A stretch of DNA of 64,000 nucleotides from Octopus sinensis (GCF_006345805.1 NC_043001.1:97154001-97218000), one strand, 5' to 3'; shown: positions 1 through 13,739, counted from the first letter of the stretch. Translations and numbers: made by a program. Notes: generated by a model not told the origin, from the letters alone.

Positions 1-405
1 TAGAGTTAGGCTCTAATAATGCATATCAAAATATTACAAGTTTCTTTAGAAGTAACCAGATTTGAAGTTACTGAAATACGGATTATTCACAGTAACTGAC
101 AAGTAAATGTCCCTATATTCGTATACTATGGAAGTGAGAATTCAGTAAATAATGTTAAGTAATATAAGCAAAATAACGATAGATAACAGATCCTCGATAA
201 ATATAATTAATATTATTTTTTAGATACAAGACTATAAATAGTATATATCCAAATTTTATTAATTGTTTCAGAAGTAACAAAATGATATTGTTGTAATAAG
301 AATACAAGTTATAAACTATACAATACTATAATAATAATTATTGTGGTTATCAAATTGAGTTAGTAAGTCAAATAACACTATGCATTTATTATCATTATTA
401 TTATT

Positions 406-447
<42 letters not shown>

Positions 448-744
448 ATTGTTGGTATTGTTGCTTTTGTCACGGTTGCTGTTGGTTTTGTTGTTGTTGA
501 TATTATTGTCATTATCATTATAAATTAATTAATAAATTAAATGAATGTATTTGTATATATAATTATTTCGTATACATCTAACTTGTAATAAGTAATTTAT
601 ATTAAATTATTAATTTAATGATGCATTTTACAGTTACTACAATAATTTGCACTAGAAAGAGTCAAAATTCTGAATTAATTCATAAAAATTTTCATTTTCC
701 ATATTCAACATTATTATATAGTTTAAGATGATAAAACTTCAAAT

Positions 745-748
<4 letters not shown>

Positions 749-775
<27 letters not shown>

Positions 776-829
776 GTAAGCACGTACGCACACACATACA
801 CACACAGGCATGCACACAAAAACATATAA

Positions 830-863
<34 letters not shown>

Positions 864-1002
864 TTACATATTCATCCATATATATGTATACATATATACA
901 AATGATTATATATATTATATATACATACACACGCACATATACTTATACACAGATTTCTACATCCATATACTTATACACAGATATATATGTACACACATAT
1001 AG

Positions 1003-1033
<31 letters not shown>

Positions 1034-1056
1034 ATAGATATATATATATATATATT

Positions 1057-1089
<33 letters not shown>

Positions 1090-1090
1090 T
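749..1090. repeat. Compound (CA)n/(TA)n microsatellite
   Basis: Dinucleotide runs seen directly; the overlapping YIYI-type ORFs are artefacts. Confidence 0.95.
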
Positions 1091-1951
1091 ATTAGCCTAT
1101 CTTTATATCAATAATTTAAATAGAGAATAATTGTTATATGTTACCAATATGATATTACATAATCATTTATATTTATCTACACGTTTCATTACAGTATTTT
1201 GATTCAGTAAGAACCTAATACTTAACTTATATACCTATATATTGTTGTTGTATGCTATTATAAAAGCCAAAGATTGCCTTCAACCTAAAGGAGTTTGTAT
1301 TAACATTATTTTAGATATATAGAAATATATTTCGATAGTTGTAGTTTCCCTTTCTTAATTATTGTGTCCGTCATAATTTTGGTGCTTTTTAATTGTAATT
1401 TCTATGTAGTGGACACGTTAACACTCACTCTCATAATACATACGTATTTGAACATCTTTTTACAAACCAGCCCTCTTTCCCATGGAATTTCGTGTACCTG
1501 TAATTCATATCTTGGATGAGTCATATATAAGTTAAGTGACTTGTTCATCAATCAAATAATGTATATAAGTCGATATAAATTGTTGTCTCTTTTGGTTTTT
1601 TAATGATTTTTATGTTATATTATATTATACTTGCGAAGCCCCACCCCGTCCATTAGACGGTTTGTATAGCTGAAGAGCATAACTTGGACGGTGTTAAATT
1701 GTGGAGATGCTTGGTGATTGTATGGGTTGTTAATTTTGGTTAGGGCATTAAAGATTCCTGAGACGTTAAAACTGTTGAGTGTTACTTGTAAATATGGTAA
1801 ATTGATTGATTGTGAATCTTAACAGAGTGAACCATTTCAAAATTGTCATGAAGTCAATAAAATGAAGGAAAGCTGTTCATCAGCCCACAATATATACAAC
1901 TCTAGTGGAATCGGACATAATTAACCCTAAACATTTTGCACTCACTTTCAC

Positions 1952-3163
1952 ATTAGGATAAACACAATGTACTCGTCCATAGTACATACCTCATGTTGAC
2001 ACTTCTACGTCAGACTGAACGCTGTTTTATCTCATCTCAAAGTGAATATTGCAAGTGATATTTAAGCAATAAACAGTTCTTTGTATTTTGCATTTGACGA
2101 CTGTTGTTTTATGTATTATATTTGGATGTTCGCTGGCGTATTGGTAAGACCTACGGGATCAGTATCATTAGTTTCGAATAAAAGTACAAATCGAAGTTTT
2201 AATCACCCGATGGACAGTCTAGCAGAAACTGTTTCTTAATAAAGGCGCAAAATCTGACACAAAAAGAATTGAAACTCGTGGGTGAAATAATACAATATGC
2301 ATAAGGCATGTCCTTTGCAAATGAATTTTATCTCAAAAATTGAACAATACCGCTTAATTTTTTAAGTTGGATGAGAAACGTTAGGCAAGGTTTTAGATGT
2401 AGCCCCCACCGAATTTCTCACGTTTTATAAGCAATCAACTAATATCTTTTACTTTCTATTGAATTTAGTTGAGAATATCTTCAGAAAATTGAGGAATCAC
2501 CAGTTATTTATTTTCTTTATTTAAGCTTTTTTACTCAAGTAATGTAAATAACTTTTCCTTGTAGTTTTTTCATGTTAGGTGGTTTATTGCACGAAAAACA
2601 GTCGTAAGAACAAATTTGACCGGGAATGCACGTGATTGATTACAATGAATAAAAGTTAGAGTCATATCGCTTTTTTAGCCGGTTACAAACGTGGGAAAAC
2701 GGAGAAATGAATACAGTTGTTCGTGGTCTAATATTTAAATTAAAATGAGAGTGTATTTACAAATAACAAGCCTTATTTACATATATATGTCGTTTAAATG
2801 TGAAAACGTAGAAATGAATTGTTTAGAACGTCGGTTAATGAACACGATGGCGGAAGAAACAGGACAAAAGGTAAAGTATACAGTGTAGTTGGCAGGAAGG
2901 CAATCTATATGAACCTATGTGTTAAATTGATGTGAATTAGGATAAACAGGATTGCACTCTCCCATAGTACATACGTCATGTTGACACCTATACATCATAC
3001 TGAACGCTGTTTTATCTCCAAAGTGAATATTGCAAATGATATTGAAACAATTAAAGGTTTTTTGGATTTTTCATTTGACGACTGTTGCTATAAGTATTTT
3101 ACTTCGATTTTCACTGACGTAGTTGCAAGAACAACGGGATAGGTAGAAGTAGTTTCGAATAAA
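1952..3163 (+). repeat. Diverged direct repeat of about 230 bp (1952-2183 and 2936-3163)
   Basis: Shared colinear blocks ATTAGGATAAAC, CATAGTACATAC, CATGTTGACAC, ACTGAACGCTGTTTTATCTC, CAAAGTGAATATTGCAA, CATTTGACGACTGTTG and TAGTTTCGAATAAA. Confidence 0.85.
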
Positions 3164-3539
3164 GATAAAAATGAACAAGACATAAGGATTACAAAAATAG
3201 CGATTCTCACTGCGAAACTGACAATTTTGAAAATCTATTTAGATTACGGAACGCCCCGTTTGCTCATGTATCCATGTTTAAAACTTCAGCGCGATTGGAT
3301 GAACAATAATCGAGTTATAAGCGCACAAAAAGAAAACAGGCAGACATATATTATATTACAATACATTATAATATAACTAAATTATTAAAGAGTCAATTGT
3401 ATCTTTCTACGTAATTGATTGTTTGTTATTTGTATCTACCCATATTTATGTGGTATTTAACTGACGTACCAATGCATTGAATATTTTAACAACCTCTTGA
3501 AGGAATTCCTATCCTCACTCAAGTTTATAGATATATATA

Positions 3540-3972
3540 GTCATATTAATGTGTATGTACATACATAAATGTATATATATTGTATTATTTATTTATTCAT
3601 ACACACATACAGACACGCACGCACACACTCACACATACATACATATATGTGTGTGTGTATGTGTGTATGAATAAATAAATAATACAATATATATACATTT
3701 ATGTATGTATGTACATACACATAAATATGACCAAATATGTCTATAAGCTTGAGTGAGTGTGTGTGTGTATACATACAAGAATATACATATATATATATAT
3801 ATATGTATGTATATATATATATATATATATATACTACATATATATATATAAGTTTGTATATATGTCTATATATATATATATATATGTATATATGTGTATA
3901 TATGATATATATATATATTATATATATATTATGTTATATATATATGTGTATATATAATCAGTATGTATGTAG

Positions 3973-4005
<33 letters not shown>

Positions 4006-4024
4006 TCTATATATAGATATTATA

Positions 4025-4120
<96 letters not shown>

Positions 4121-4130
4121 CATACATACA
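3540..4130. repeat. (TA)n/(TG)n microsatellite
   Basis: Long TA tract seen directly. Confidence 0.95.
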
Positions 4131-4779
4131 GGCAAGTATTCATGTATAGAATATGTACCTACATAGAAAATCTTTCTATAAGAAAAAAGCAGTAGATACA
4201 ATTTATATGATTTAATCATGTCATAAATTTACATCTGGTTCTAATGTTGGAATAAAAGTTCATATAACATTACATGGTAGGCAAGCATGTGTAATAGTGA
4301 AGCTATGCTACCTTTTTACAAATATGTAACGTATTAAATTACACGGATTTTGAAAGCACAATACGCATCGTTATATGAGCCTGATACCGCCCAGCGGAAA
4401 CAGCTGGAAATATACGACTCAATAGCTTGATATGGCTTCGATATGCCATGTTTCATGAAAACGCACTTCTTATGACATTTGAAATTTGTTTGTCTTTATA
4501 TTTCTCTACCACCTCAATTTCCATCGTACTTCTTGCGACTCTACTTCTGGACTACCTCACACTGATGAAGTACCAGCGCATTATGATTCTGTTCACACTG
4601 CTGACTATGTACGTCATACTTAAATTACCAATGTGTCGTGCTATCCAATGTTTGTTTTCCTACCCACTCTACATGTACCCAGTTATACACGGATACATGT
4701 ATGTATATAAACATATAGATATAAGCTTGTACACACACACGTATATATACATACATATATATATCATGTATACATACAT

Positions 4780-4818
<39 letters not shown>

Positions 4819-4829
4819 ATATATATATA

Positions 4830-5135
4830 TCACCGTGATCACGTGACCGACCAGGCTATCAGATGTTGCTACACAACCTGGTCACAATGCGCGTCGCATT
4901 GTTTTAGCCTCCAAATGACTCCACCCTGCTGGCTAAGCGAGCAGGCGAACAGAAGAAAGAGTGAGAGAAAGTTGTGGCGAAAGAGTACAGCAGGGATTGC
5001 CACCACCCCCTGCCGGAGATCATGGAGCTTTAGGCGTTTTCGCTCAATAAACACTTACAATACCCTGTCCGGGAATCGAAACCGCGATCCTACAACCGCG
5101 AGTCTGCTGCCCTAACCAGTGGGCCATTGCGCCTC
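4830..5135 (-). mobile_element. tRNA-derived SINE, family C
   Basis: Minus-strand head has A/B-box-like motifs (TGGCCCACTGGTTAGG; GGTTTCGATTCCC). The body matches 25930-26221 and 61590-61775. Confidence 0.8.
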
Positions 5136-5169
5136 TCTCTCTCTCTCTCTCTCTCTCTGTACACACACA

Positions 5170-5244
<75 letters not shown>

Positions 5245-6295
5245 TATATATATATATTATATATATATATATACACGTGTGTGCGTCTCTGTGTATACAT
5301 GCATACGTACATGTGTATATCTATAAGCATACACAAACACATACATATATCTAAGGAAAGAAGGAGCAAATATAATTATTCACAGCACCACCAAAACGCA
5401 TAGAATTTCGCAATATATTTGTATAAGCCAGCTAATAAGATTGATTATTGTTAATTATCTTCATAATTATACACAGGTTATTCTAGACACCCAAATGCAG
5501 ACCAATGTATGAGAAGCCAAATGTCCTGATGTGCTTACAATGTTCATAGTATTTAATAATATTCAAAATAGGACCATTAAGTTTGTCAATTACCTAACAG
5601 AGTTCTACCAGATAGTCTGCTGCTGTGCACAAGTGGTTGCAACGGAGAAAGTATTGAGATTTCCAATAATTCATTTTCGCGAATTCCTAAAACAAAAATG
5701 TAAAAATTAGATTGCAGATACTAATGACACTTAAAATAGTAAGATAATACATTAAAAGGAACTGTGTAGATATGTTATTTACTATTTTTTTTTATTTATA
5801 AATTGCATAATGTCGATGTACTTAAATCGGTTTTGTTGGTGGTTGTTTGAGATTTTTGATAATGTACAGCTATTAATGGAAACTTGAGAGGAATTACAAA
5901 TGGAAGACTCTAAATATCATAGCATTACTGATATTTGATGTATCAAAGCCAGAGAAATGCAAATTTTAATTCATGTCAATTTTCAGAGAATATTATGTAA
6001 AAAAAGAAAATAAGTAAAAAAAAAAAATATTCGTTATTAAAATGTTACGACTTTCACCACCCACTCAGGATTAGTGTTAATATTAAACCTAAACCTCTGT
6101 AAACTATTTATTAAATGAGCTCCGATTTGATATTATTGATAAGAATGACTGCACTGGGTTAGTATACTATGCAAAGCGTATTTTTTCCCCATATATAAAA
6201 TTAAAAAAACACTAGATGCCAAAAATTATTCTACGCATAAATGCATAGTCTCATCGAGTCTTACGAACATGTATGTACATGCTTTGAAACACTAG

Positions 6296-6385
<90 letters not shown>

Positions 6386-6403
6386 TGTGTGTGTGTGTGT
6401 GTA

Positions 6404-6438
<35 letters not shown>

Positions 6439-6871
6439 ATGTGTGTTTCCGTGTGTGTCAGATATGCTGTTTTTATTTGAAGTCAGAGTAAAATGAAAAA
6501 CGAGAAGTCACTCTACTATATACGAATTATATAAAAAATGGATGAGAAAATTTCTTTGTGATTTAGTCTTCCATATAAATATCTTATACATATACGTGTA
6601 GTTCAACGAAGACACTACAGAAAAAAGGAAAAAAAGGAAACTAAAGGTGCTCATTTACTATTCCATTACTAGCGATATATTTCAAATAATAAAATACCAA
6701 TTAAATGAATTTCTAATATGTAAATATATATATTGTCAGCATTGCAGTATATAAGTCCACTTTAACCGGTCCGAACCCCAGCTGGGAATTTCAGAATAAA
6801 GAAGGGGGACAGACGTAGGGCTAGTAGCCCTCAGCTCCATGCTCTACCTGATGAAACATATTTGCGAAAAA

Positions 6872-7315
6872 AATGAAACTTAGTACATACACATATAACT
6901 TACAGACACCCCCACACATATACGTACACACACACACACACTTACATATATATATATACATGCATATACATGTATATATATGTGTGTGTGTGTGTGTGCA
7001 TGCATGTGAGGTGTAAGAAATTAAGTTGAGCATGCATAGAAAATATATTAGGATTATTTACTATACACTTTTGAAAATGTAATCTTATGTGAAAATGATA
7101 AAATGAATTCCTATATTCTACAATTCGATTCTAAATAATCTTAATATATTTTCTGTGCATGCTCAACTTAATTTCTTACACACACATATGCATGCACACA
7201 CACACACATATATATATATACATGTATATGCATGTATATATATAGGTATGTGTGTGTGTGTACGTATATGTGTAGGGGTGTATGTAAGTTATATGTGTAT
7301 GTACTAAGTTTCATT
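6872..7315. repeat. Long inverted repeat, arms of about 185 bp with a 71 bp spacer
   Basis: 6872-7060 is the near reverse complement of 7132-7315, including non-microsatellite blocks such as GTAAGAAATTAAGTTGAGCATGCA. Confidence 0.9.
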
Positions 7316-7499
7316 GCGGGTGGTGCACCTGCATGGCCTCAGCCTCGGGTTGAAACCAGTAAAAGCCAAATGATAATAAAATATACATACATACATATGC
7401 ATATATATATATTTGAAAAAAAAAATGTTTAATTTTCCATACATCCATTTTCATTAAATTTAGCATTCTGCCTTTTTATAATTTTATAATTTTTCCTTG

Positions 7500-7556
<57 letters not shown>

Positions 7557-7624
7557 TATATATATATGTACATACATATGCATATATATATTTACGTGTG
7601 TCTGTGCTTTTTCTCTATAACCGC

Positions 7625-7770
7625 TTCACAACCTCTGTTGGTGTTTTTGCCGACCCAGACATTAGCGGCTCGGCTGAATAAACCGATAGAATAAGTATCC
7701 GGCTAAAAACAAAATGTACTGGTGTCTATTCTTTCGACTAAAGTTTTCAGTGTGGTCTCTGAAACACATG
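7625..7770 (+). mobile_element. SINE family A, 3' half fragment
   Basis: TTAGCGGCTCGGC...ACCGATAGAATAAGTA matches the 3' half of 54453-54847. Confidence 0.6.
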
Positions 7771-7788
7771 CATATTGTGTGTGTGTGT

Positions 7789-7869
<81 letters not shown>

Positions 7870-9334
7870 ATGTTTGTTTCTGCCCAGGGCTGAGAAATAA
7901 ATGTAAATAACTGTCTCTTGATTCATGTGACAGATATCAGGAAATCTTGTCTTTCTATGAAGACGAACGGATTTCTAAATCTGTCTTTTTAAAACAGAAA
8001 GCAACATTCTAAAAAATACTATTAAGTTAAACACTGAAACAGTATTGTAAAATCCCCTGCGAACTAACTTGCCAATCAGAATATTTTATAGTTTCGTAAC
8101 CATATGTCGTGGTGAGTATGCATTCATTCATTTCTGGAATAGTTCTTATTTCGTTCTCTGCCTTTTACACTTTTGATAAAATGTAGCGAACCGGTACTAG
8201 AAATATCAATTTGACAGTAAGTCACTAATCTCTTTACGTGTCTAAAAATGCTTTAAAGAAACCGAAGATGTCATATCAAGAAAATGAAAGCATATAACTA
8301 AGGCAAAATAACGGCATAAATTCTAAATTGCATTTCTATACGTTTTATCTGACGGGCTGAATTGAAAAATAGACAGTATTCGATTAACCTTGTTCATTTA
8401 AAGGATATTCTCCATAAAATGATTTTCTAAGATCAAAAAATAATGTTAGATGGATTATCACGGGACGACATATTTTGAAACGGGGTGATATACTCAATTG
8501 AATGGAAGCCAAATTGATAACTGGTTCTTATTTTCATTCCTCGTGGCATATTTTCTGGTCAAGATGGTTAGAGAGATACCAACGATTATTAATTCAGAAC
8601 ATAAATAAACAAACCAATTTGTGCCAGTGATTTCACGTCTCATTATTCGAGGTAAATTAGATAGAGTTTCTACTAGTCCAATATGCGAAGCAATGCGTAG
8701 ACTTATTACTAGAGTTCAATATTTAACGAGTCGTATGACAATTAAAATAAAGCAAGACGCTGAAGAAACACTCATGTATTATTTATGGCTACAAATTTAA
8801 GCTGAAAAATGTATTTGTTGTAGTGTATATGCACTTGTATTCTGAACGCTATTTAAATGATGTACATATGTCCTTCTCCCTTTATTTTCATTAGCTAATA
8901 TTTCTATAACGAAGCTGGTTATCACAGAGCAACAGAAAAACCGTTGTATTTATATACTTTCATCGCTAATAACGAATTGTGTTACAGCCTGCCAGCTAAA
9001 TGCGACATCAGTGAAAATCCAATCATTCTGCGCCTCTATGAGATCGTAACCGATTATTTTACAGCATGCGATATCAGAGGCGACTTACTAGTAATGCAAT
9101 TCAAAAAGGAGGAATCTGTATTTAACAATGCAACCACCACTGCTGGCGGACGAGCTTCGTTTGTTGCTAGACAGACGGTTGCAGTGTGTCTAGAGAGTGG
9201 GGTTTTCACGTGTATCTACAAGAATATGTGAAAGTTTAGCGAACATGTATCAATTAAGCCACCACACCACATGTATATACATATATATACACACTCACAG
9301 ACGTACAAACACACACACATACATATATATATAT

Positions 9335-9377
<43 letters not shown>

Positions 9378-9620
9378 CTACATATTCATATATATATATA
9401 TATTATATATATATATATATATACTGTATAAGGTTGTTGTCTACTCCTTATGCAGAGTTTGACCACCGCCTTTACCTACGCCTTATCACCATCATGACAT
9501 CTGACGTGGCTTTTTAGAGCCTGTCAATGTTCTGAAAAGGCACCTACATAGATTGCACCTCCGATTTGGACCACCAAGAGTTGCAGATAACTCTACTCAT
9601 TGTGAAACTTGCAATGTATG

Positions 9621-9665
<45 letters not shown>

Positions 9666-9670
9666 CATAC

Positions 9671-9718
<48 letters not shown>

Positions 9719-10021
9719 ATATATGTATGTATGTATGTATATGTGTGTGTGTGTATATATATGTAAATATCTATATATTATATAAGATGTATTTTACCTG
9801 GTATATATTACTGAGTTTGCAATAAAATGCATACAGCTGGCCGGATAGATTCTTAGAACTTTCATAACGAAAGAACGGGAACACATGATGCTCCTATGGA
9901 TAACAATGGCTTAAGAAGCTACAGCTAGTGAAAGAATACACGCACACACACACACATGCACGCACAAACTCAGTCATACACAGAAACTCACACACACATT
10001 CACACACACAACACACATACT

Positions 10022-10069
<48 letters not shown>

Positions 10070-10501
10070 ATATGTATGTTCATATATATATGTGTGTGTA
10101 ATGCGTTGCCTTCTTCATCCGCTGACTCAGCCGTTGAGACATCATCCATTGGTTCAACCGTTGCGGTTTTCGGGGTTTGTTTGCACTCAGTCTGGGTCTT
10201 CGTCCTTTTATTTAGGCAGCGTTACCAGAAATTTAGAATTCCTGACGTCATCACCCTTGGAGTCATTAGTACATGCAGTCCCTCCACTTAAAACTATAAC
10301 CGGATAAGTGTCCGTCCGTTGCAGTTTCATAAGTGGATTCGGCATGTCTCATTTCATAGATGCGGCAGAAATAGGTCATGTAGCCCAGTGTGCGGGCTAC
10401 CATCTGGCAAGGGCAAGTCCACCTTAAACGATTCCAAGCCACTGGCACTTTCTTCAACTCAGATATGCATATGCATGCATATACATACATACATACATAC
10501 A

Positions 10502-10536
<35 letters not shown>

Positions 10537-11033
10537 GTAGTTGTCCTTAATTGCTAAATTTTTATTCCGAAAAAACTTTTCCTCTCCCGAAATGCAATTC
10601 GTAAAAGTTTGCCATTTACCCGGATGTAATATATGTAAACTCACCCATGTGCTTCGTTGATGTTGATCAGTTAGCTGATCGGCTTAAGCGGGGCAGGGTC
10701 GTTGTTTATTTATAATACATTCAGGCCTGCTGATGATTACGTAAGTATGAAATCACTGTGATACAGGTCTATATTTTTAAATGTCTTACTTTGAAAAATT
10801 GCATTCGGTGGGATTAGTAATATTTTTGGTAGAAATGACTGATTGTCCCTCTTAGCGTTTGGCATGTATGTATAATGCCTTCTGGCATGTATGTATAATG
10901 CCCTCTATATATAAATTAATATGTTCAATAAGAAATAATTATTTTCGAAATTTTTTCTCTTATGAGGTTTTTACGCTATCTACCTGACAATTTCTTGTTA
11001 AGTTTTCCTTATTAAGTAGTTGTCCTTAATTGC

Positions 11034-11038
<5 letters not shown>
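10537..11038 (+). mobile_element. About 500 bp hammerhead-containing unit bounded by a 23 bp direct repeat (PLE pseudo-LTR-like or retrozyme-like)
   Basis: GTAGTTGTCCTTAATTGCTAAAT occurs at 10537-10559 and 11016-11038, with a hammerhead motif inside. Confidence 0.6.
10723..10770 (+). ncRNA. Minimal type I hammerhead ribozyme motif
   Basis: Stem I AGGCCUG/CAGGUCU (7 bp), core CUGAUGA, stem II UAC/GUA with a U.U closing pair, GAAA, stem III AUCAC-U-GUGAU, cleavage triplet AUA. Confidence 0.75.
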
Positions 11039-11039
<1 letters not shown>

Positions 11040-11071
<32 letters not shown>

Positions 11072-13480
11072 TTAGATAAAACTCAGATATATTTCGACCA
11101 AAGATTGGTCCAGGCCATGTCTAACTTAATAGCACCACCTGATAGGATTATTTGAATCCTGTTTAAGTGAAGTTTTGTTTATGGTCCATTCAAGTAGTGA
11201 GTTTTTGTTGGGTGAGTTGTATCCAATAATGGGTGGCTTATCTGGTATTCCTTGAAAGAATCTGTCCAGACTCCGTTTAAAGTTGATGGGATCCTTTTCC
11301 TCTTTGATCTCCCTCGGGACAATGTTAAATAGGACAGGGCCTGTTGAGGAAAAGAAATTATGTTGCAGTATACATGTATGCTGTGATCTTGAATTGTGCA
11401 GGGGACGTATGGCCCGTGGTCCCAGTCGTGGATGAACCTTGAAGCTAATGTTCAGGTCGGTTGGGCAAAGTTAGCGGTATATTCTCCACATCGTACAAAT
11501 GATGTACCGCTCACGGTGACGCTGGAGAGAGTAGAGTTTCAAGGCTTTAAGGCGATCCCAATAATCGAGAGCAGCCATGCCTTCAATTCGTTTAGTGAGT
11601 GCCCTCTGGGGTGATTCGATCCTCGAGATGTTTTGCCTTGTATGGGGAGACCACAGTGGGCAGCAGTATTCGAGGTGTGGTCGTACAAAGGAGGAGAAAA
11701 GTGGTATGATGATACCTTGTTCTCTGGACCGGAAAGTTCTTAAGATCCAGGAACTCATCCTACGAGCTATATCGACCTTCTTGTTGATGTGTGCACTCCA
11801 ACTGAGATCGTCATCAACAATTACACCCAGGTCTCTGATATTGTTAGAGTCTGTGAGCGGTTCCCCTGAAGGAAGAGAGTATGGCTGTTTTAGTGAGGAA
11901 TTTCTTCCAAAATGCATCAGCTCAAATTTTCCCTCGTTCAGTTGCATTTTGTTTCTGTCTGCCCATTGACTCACAACATATAGATCAGACTGGTGTTGAG
12001 TTCGGTCTGCTTCTTCATTGACGATTTGCTGGAGCTTAGTGTCATCAGCAAATATTTTCACTTTGCAGTAATGTACGACACTGGAAATGTCGTTTATGTA
12101 AATTATGAAGAGTAGCGGACCCAAGACAGTCCCCTGGGGGACACCGCCGGTGAATTTTGCTGGGCTTGAGTGAACTCCATCAACTACCACATGTTATGTT
12201 CTATTCGCTAGGAAATACTTAATCCAGTGTAGAACTTTTCCACGGATTCCAACATTTGCCAATTTTGAGAGTAGGATATTATGGTCTACCCCGTCGAACG
12301 CTTTACTGAAGTCAAGATATATGACATCAGAGTTCGAACCTGTTCCCAAGGGTTTGAGTACATCTTCAATGTGGTGTAAGAGCTGCGTTAGACAGTCCCT
12401 GCCACAGCGAAAGCCATGCTGATTTGCATTTAGGAGTTTGTGGATCTCCAGGAAGTCAGCTATCCTTGATCTTAACACTCTTTCAAACACTTTAATGATG
12501 TGGGAGGTGAGTGAAATTGGGCGATAGTTGAGTGCGAGGGATCTGTTTCCCTGTTTGAAAACCGGGATGACTGACTGGGATATGAACTGTTTCGGTATAT
12601 AACCTGCGTCTACCGAATTGAATTTCTCCAGAAGTTGGTCAGAGGGACTGCAAGTTGGAGTCTACATTCCTTCAGCAGACTAGCGGGGAATCTGTCAGGG
12701 CCTACAGCAGAGTAGTATTTGACCTCATCTATTGCTGCTATGATGTCAGTGGCAGTGAAGGTTATGTCTGAGATTTTATGTTGGGAGTCAACTTCGTTCG
12801 CTTCTCTTACGCCAATATCAGTGGGAACACTAAAGACAGATCAGTATTGTTTCTGCAGTATTTCTGCCATTTCTTTAGCATCGTGTTGGGGAATGCCGTT
12901 ATCATCTATCAATGGCCCAATGGGTGGGACAGTGGTTCTATGCTTATTTGCATAAGAATAGAACACTTTTGGGTTCTGTTTGATGTTTTTGATTACCCAC
13001 TGTCCCTCCACAGCTCTTTGATTTTCAATGGAGGTTTTCATGTCGGTCTGCAGATGAGGTTTTTCCAGCTCTAGCCTTTTCCTTGTTGTTGAATGAGGAT
13101 GTTGTATGTGGGAATATTTTAATTGGTTGCTTTTTTTGTTGAGTCTTTTGATGCGCCTGATGAGTGTTTTTTTTCTTTTTAGGGAGCTGGTTTCTGTTTG
13201 TGTTAGTAGATTTCGTGGGAGCGTGTTTGGAGTATGTATAGGTGACAATGCTTTCAAAGTGCTGCCATGCGGTCTCAATATGGGTGGAATTGAGAGTAAA
13301 AGACCAGTCGATGAAAGACAGATCCTTTCTGATGGCTCCCCAGTCCGCTTTGGGGAAGTTTATGTTGTCAAATGAGTGCCATGGAGTGGGATTGGCTGGT
13401 TTGGTTTTTATATGTCGGGAATTAAAATTGCAGAGTACCATGTCGTGGTCTGAGAGGAGAGTTTTTTCAACTGAAAAAAA
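11040..13480 (-). mobile_element. 5'-truncated CR1/L2-like non-LTR retrotransposon (end of APE domain plus RT), frameshifted
   Basis: ORF pieces contain SDH (APE end), YLDFSKAFD, GVPQGTVLGPLLFIIYIND, IFADDTKL and FVRPHLEYCCPLWSP. Short 3' UTR; (TA)n on both sides. Confidence 0.92.
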
Positions 13481-13739
13481 ATATATATATATATATAATC
13501 AAAATAAGCAGCAAGAATGACTCCGGTAATTTGGTACAATTGTTTCGCACTACATCATTTTATTACAACAGATTTAAGATGTTAAGTGCCCATCAGCCAA
13601 TTATATAGGTTTTCCATTAATATAAAAGCTTTCAAATCCAGTAGCAACATTATAGAGAAGGTAAATATACAGACAAAGATGTAGATTTAAATTTTAAGAA
13701 CATATTAGGTAGTGAAGTCCAACCACTGACTGACCAAGC

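Noticed and set aside
2440-2490. Minus-strand CUGAAGA...GAAA with a UAUU/AAUA stem
   Set aside because: Stem III is missing and the pairing is all A-U in AT-rich sequence, so it is probably chance.
3215-3380. Segment reminiscent of Helentron-associated (DINE-1-like) elements
   Set aside because: The resemblance is from memory only; termini and subterminal repeats could not be defined.
739-4219. Many ORFs of YIYI, HTHT or VCVC composition here and throughout the window
   Set aside because: These are translations of dinucleotide microsatellites, not genes.
6848-6875. CTGATGA followed by GAAA
   Set aside because: No stem II, stem I or stem III pairing.
8944-9231. 95 aa complex ORF on the plus strand
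   Set aside because: No recognisable domain or convincing splice sites; it may be non-coding conserved or repeat sequence.
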